DNA of 64,000 nt from Candidatus Saccharimonadales bacterium (GTDB lineage: Bacteria > Patescibacteriota > Saccharimonadia > Saccharimonadales > 2-12-FULL-41-12). The notes beneath the pieces are model-generated. The model was not told the origin of the DNA. It made no database searches and saw only the letters and a program-made list of their open reading frames with translations. The number at the start of each line of letters is the position of its first letter. The stretch's first letter is position 1. Shown here one piece after another: positions 62,877-64,000 of this stretch. The stretch spans positions 387-64,386 of the forward strand of contig JBFIJM010000001.1 in NCBI GenBank assembly GCA_041600715.1, given 5' to 3'. Position numbers and translations under genes: made by a program.

Positions 62877-63556
62877 GAATACATAGATTTTACGTAGGGA
62901 ATGAAGTAAGCCTGAAAAAAGATTTTTGGCTCCATGGTGAAGCTCTTTTATGGCAATGGAACAAGGTCTTAAGATTTCAAGAAGGACAGCAGGTCATTCT
63001 GTTTGACACTAATCTTACTGAGAGACTCTATAATATTGAGAAGCTTTCCAAAACCGAAGCCCACTTATTAATGATCACTGAGTATGAACCCAGGCTACCG
63101 TCTAAGCATGTTTATTTATTCTGGAGCTTACTAAAACGGGATAACAACGAACTAATTTTGCAGAAAGCAACCGAGTTAGGGGTATCAAACTTCATACCAC
63201 TCATTACTGATCGAACAATCAAGAAAGATTTTAATTTTGAGAGAGCAAAAAAGATTATTATAGAAGCATCAGAACAATGCGGTAGAACATCTATCCCTCA
63301 CGTTCGCGAGCCTATCCATCTTCAAAAAGCGTTACCTGAATATAGTGATAAGTTCCCGATATATGTATGTCAGCAAGGCCATGACAGGGTAGATGTAAAA
63401 GAGAAAAAACTCGGACTACTTATCGGCCCAGAAGGTGGCTGGTCAGCGAATGAACTTGCATTCTTTTCAGATAATAACTATCAGCACCTGAGCATTAGCG
63501 ACTTTGTACTACGTGGCGAAACCGCCTCAATAGTAGCGACATCGAAAGTCCTATAA
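62873..63556 (+). CDS. rsmE: 16S rRNA (uracil1498-N3)-methyltransferase RsmE
   Basis: MRIHRFYV start, and LLIGPEGGWS near the C-terminus. The start overlaps the upstream stop (ATGA). Confidence 0.85.
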   Translation: MRIHRFYVGNEVSLKKDFWLHGEALLWQWNKVLRFQEGQQVILFDTNLTERLYNIEKLSKTEAHLLMITEYEPRLPSKHVYLFWSLLKRDNNELILQKATELGVSNFIPLITDRTIKKDFNFERAKKIIIEASEQCGRTSIPHVREPIHLQKALPEYSDKFPIYVCQQGHDRVDVKEKKLGLLIGPEGGWSANELAFFSDNNYQHLSISDFVLRGETASIVATSKVL

Positions 63557-63574
63557 CTGTTACAATATAAATCA

Positions 63575-64000
63575 ATGAGTTACCGTAGTACCTATACACA
63601 ACCCTATAAACCAGGACAAAACACACCGTTTAAGGTGAGCCGTACTAAAATTGAGGATTTTCGCACATGCCCAAGGTGTTTTTGGCTAGACCGTAGGTTA
63701 AAGATTACTCGGCCGAGTACTCCGCCTTTTAATATCAATAAAGCGATCGACGAACTATTCAAAAAAGAGTTCGATAGCTTTCGTGAAAAGGGTGAACAGC
63801 ACCCACTTCAGAAACAGTTTAAGATTAATGCTAAGCCTTTTGCTCATAAAGATCTCGATACATGGAGAGAAAATTTTACCGGAGTACAGGCTTTGCATGA
63901 ACCGACAAACTTGCTTGTTTTTGGGGCGGTTGATGATGTTTGGGTTAATGATAAAGACGAGTTGATAGTGGTGGATTATAAAGCGACCGCCAAGGATAAA
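63575..64000 (+). CDS. PD-(D/E)XK (Cas4/RecB-like) nuclease family protein, 3' end outside window
   Basis: Not in the ORF track because it has no stop. This frame is open from ATG 63575 to nt 64000 (142 codons). It contains CPRCFWL, and D(D)VW...DELIVVDYK (the D...(D/E)xK motif). TACAAT lies 8 nt upstream. Confidence 0.6.
   Translation, partial: MSYRSTYTQPYKPGQNTPFKVSRTKIEDFRTCPRCFWLDRRLKITRPSTPPFNINKAIDELFKKEFDSFREKGEQHPLQKQFKINAKPFAHKDLDTWRENFTGVQALHEPTNLLVFGAVDDVWVNDKDELIVVDYKATAKDK

Noticed and set aside
63783-63965. 60-aa ORF in the track near the window end
   Set aside because: It is out of frame with, and entirely inside, the longer motif-bearing PD-(D/E)XK frame that runs from 63575 to the window edge.

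Overview
Gene-dense 64-kb chromosomal window using the standard genetic code (TGA terminates conserved genes such as map and the rlmD-like gene). By inference it comes from a small-genome, monoderm-type bacterium, most plausibly a CPR/Patescibacteria (Saccharibacteria-like) lineage. The grounds are shortened housekeeping proteins (IF-2, EF-Ts, S1, and ProRS without its editing domain), biosynthetic genes missing from otherwise conserved operons, and giant repetitive surface proteins. About 60 CDS are supported. They cover translation (rpsA, infB, rpsU, rplU, rpmE type B, rpsB, tsf, frr, prfA-prmC, ileS, proS, lysS, fmt-def, map), division (ftsA, ftsZ), replication and segregation (priA, parA, parB), deoxyribonucleotide supply (nrdR, nrdJ), and envelope or proteolysis functions (lepB, LCP, htrA, rseP, CPBP). 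I saw no rRNA, tRNA, CRISPR array, transposase or integrase. The main stand-outs are: (1) a heliorhodopsin-family 7-TM protein with a histone-H1-like lysine-rich N-terminal tail and an apparently relocated counterion; (2) a T-box-like leader with an AUC specifier upstream of a type-2 ileS; (3) a 13-kb same-strand surface module between rplU and parAB, made of a membrane protein, a 2526-aa concatemer of tail-fibre-like modules, and a 1493-aa protein with about 18 Kelch-like blades; (4) a paralogous tail-fibre-like protein at the window start carrying two internal S74 autoprocessing chaperone domains with intact Ser/Lys dyads; (5) widespread leaderless or near-leaderless promoter-ATG architecture; (6) a Firmicute-like rpsB-tsf-frr-rseP-proS backbone in which unknown ORFs occupy the pyrH and uppS/cdsA/dxr positions. 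All coordinates of small motifs were counted by eye and may be off by 1-2 nt.
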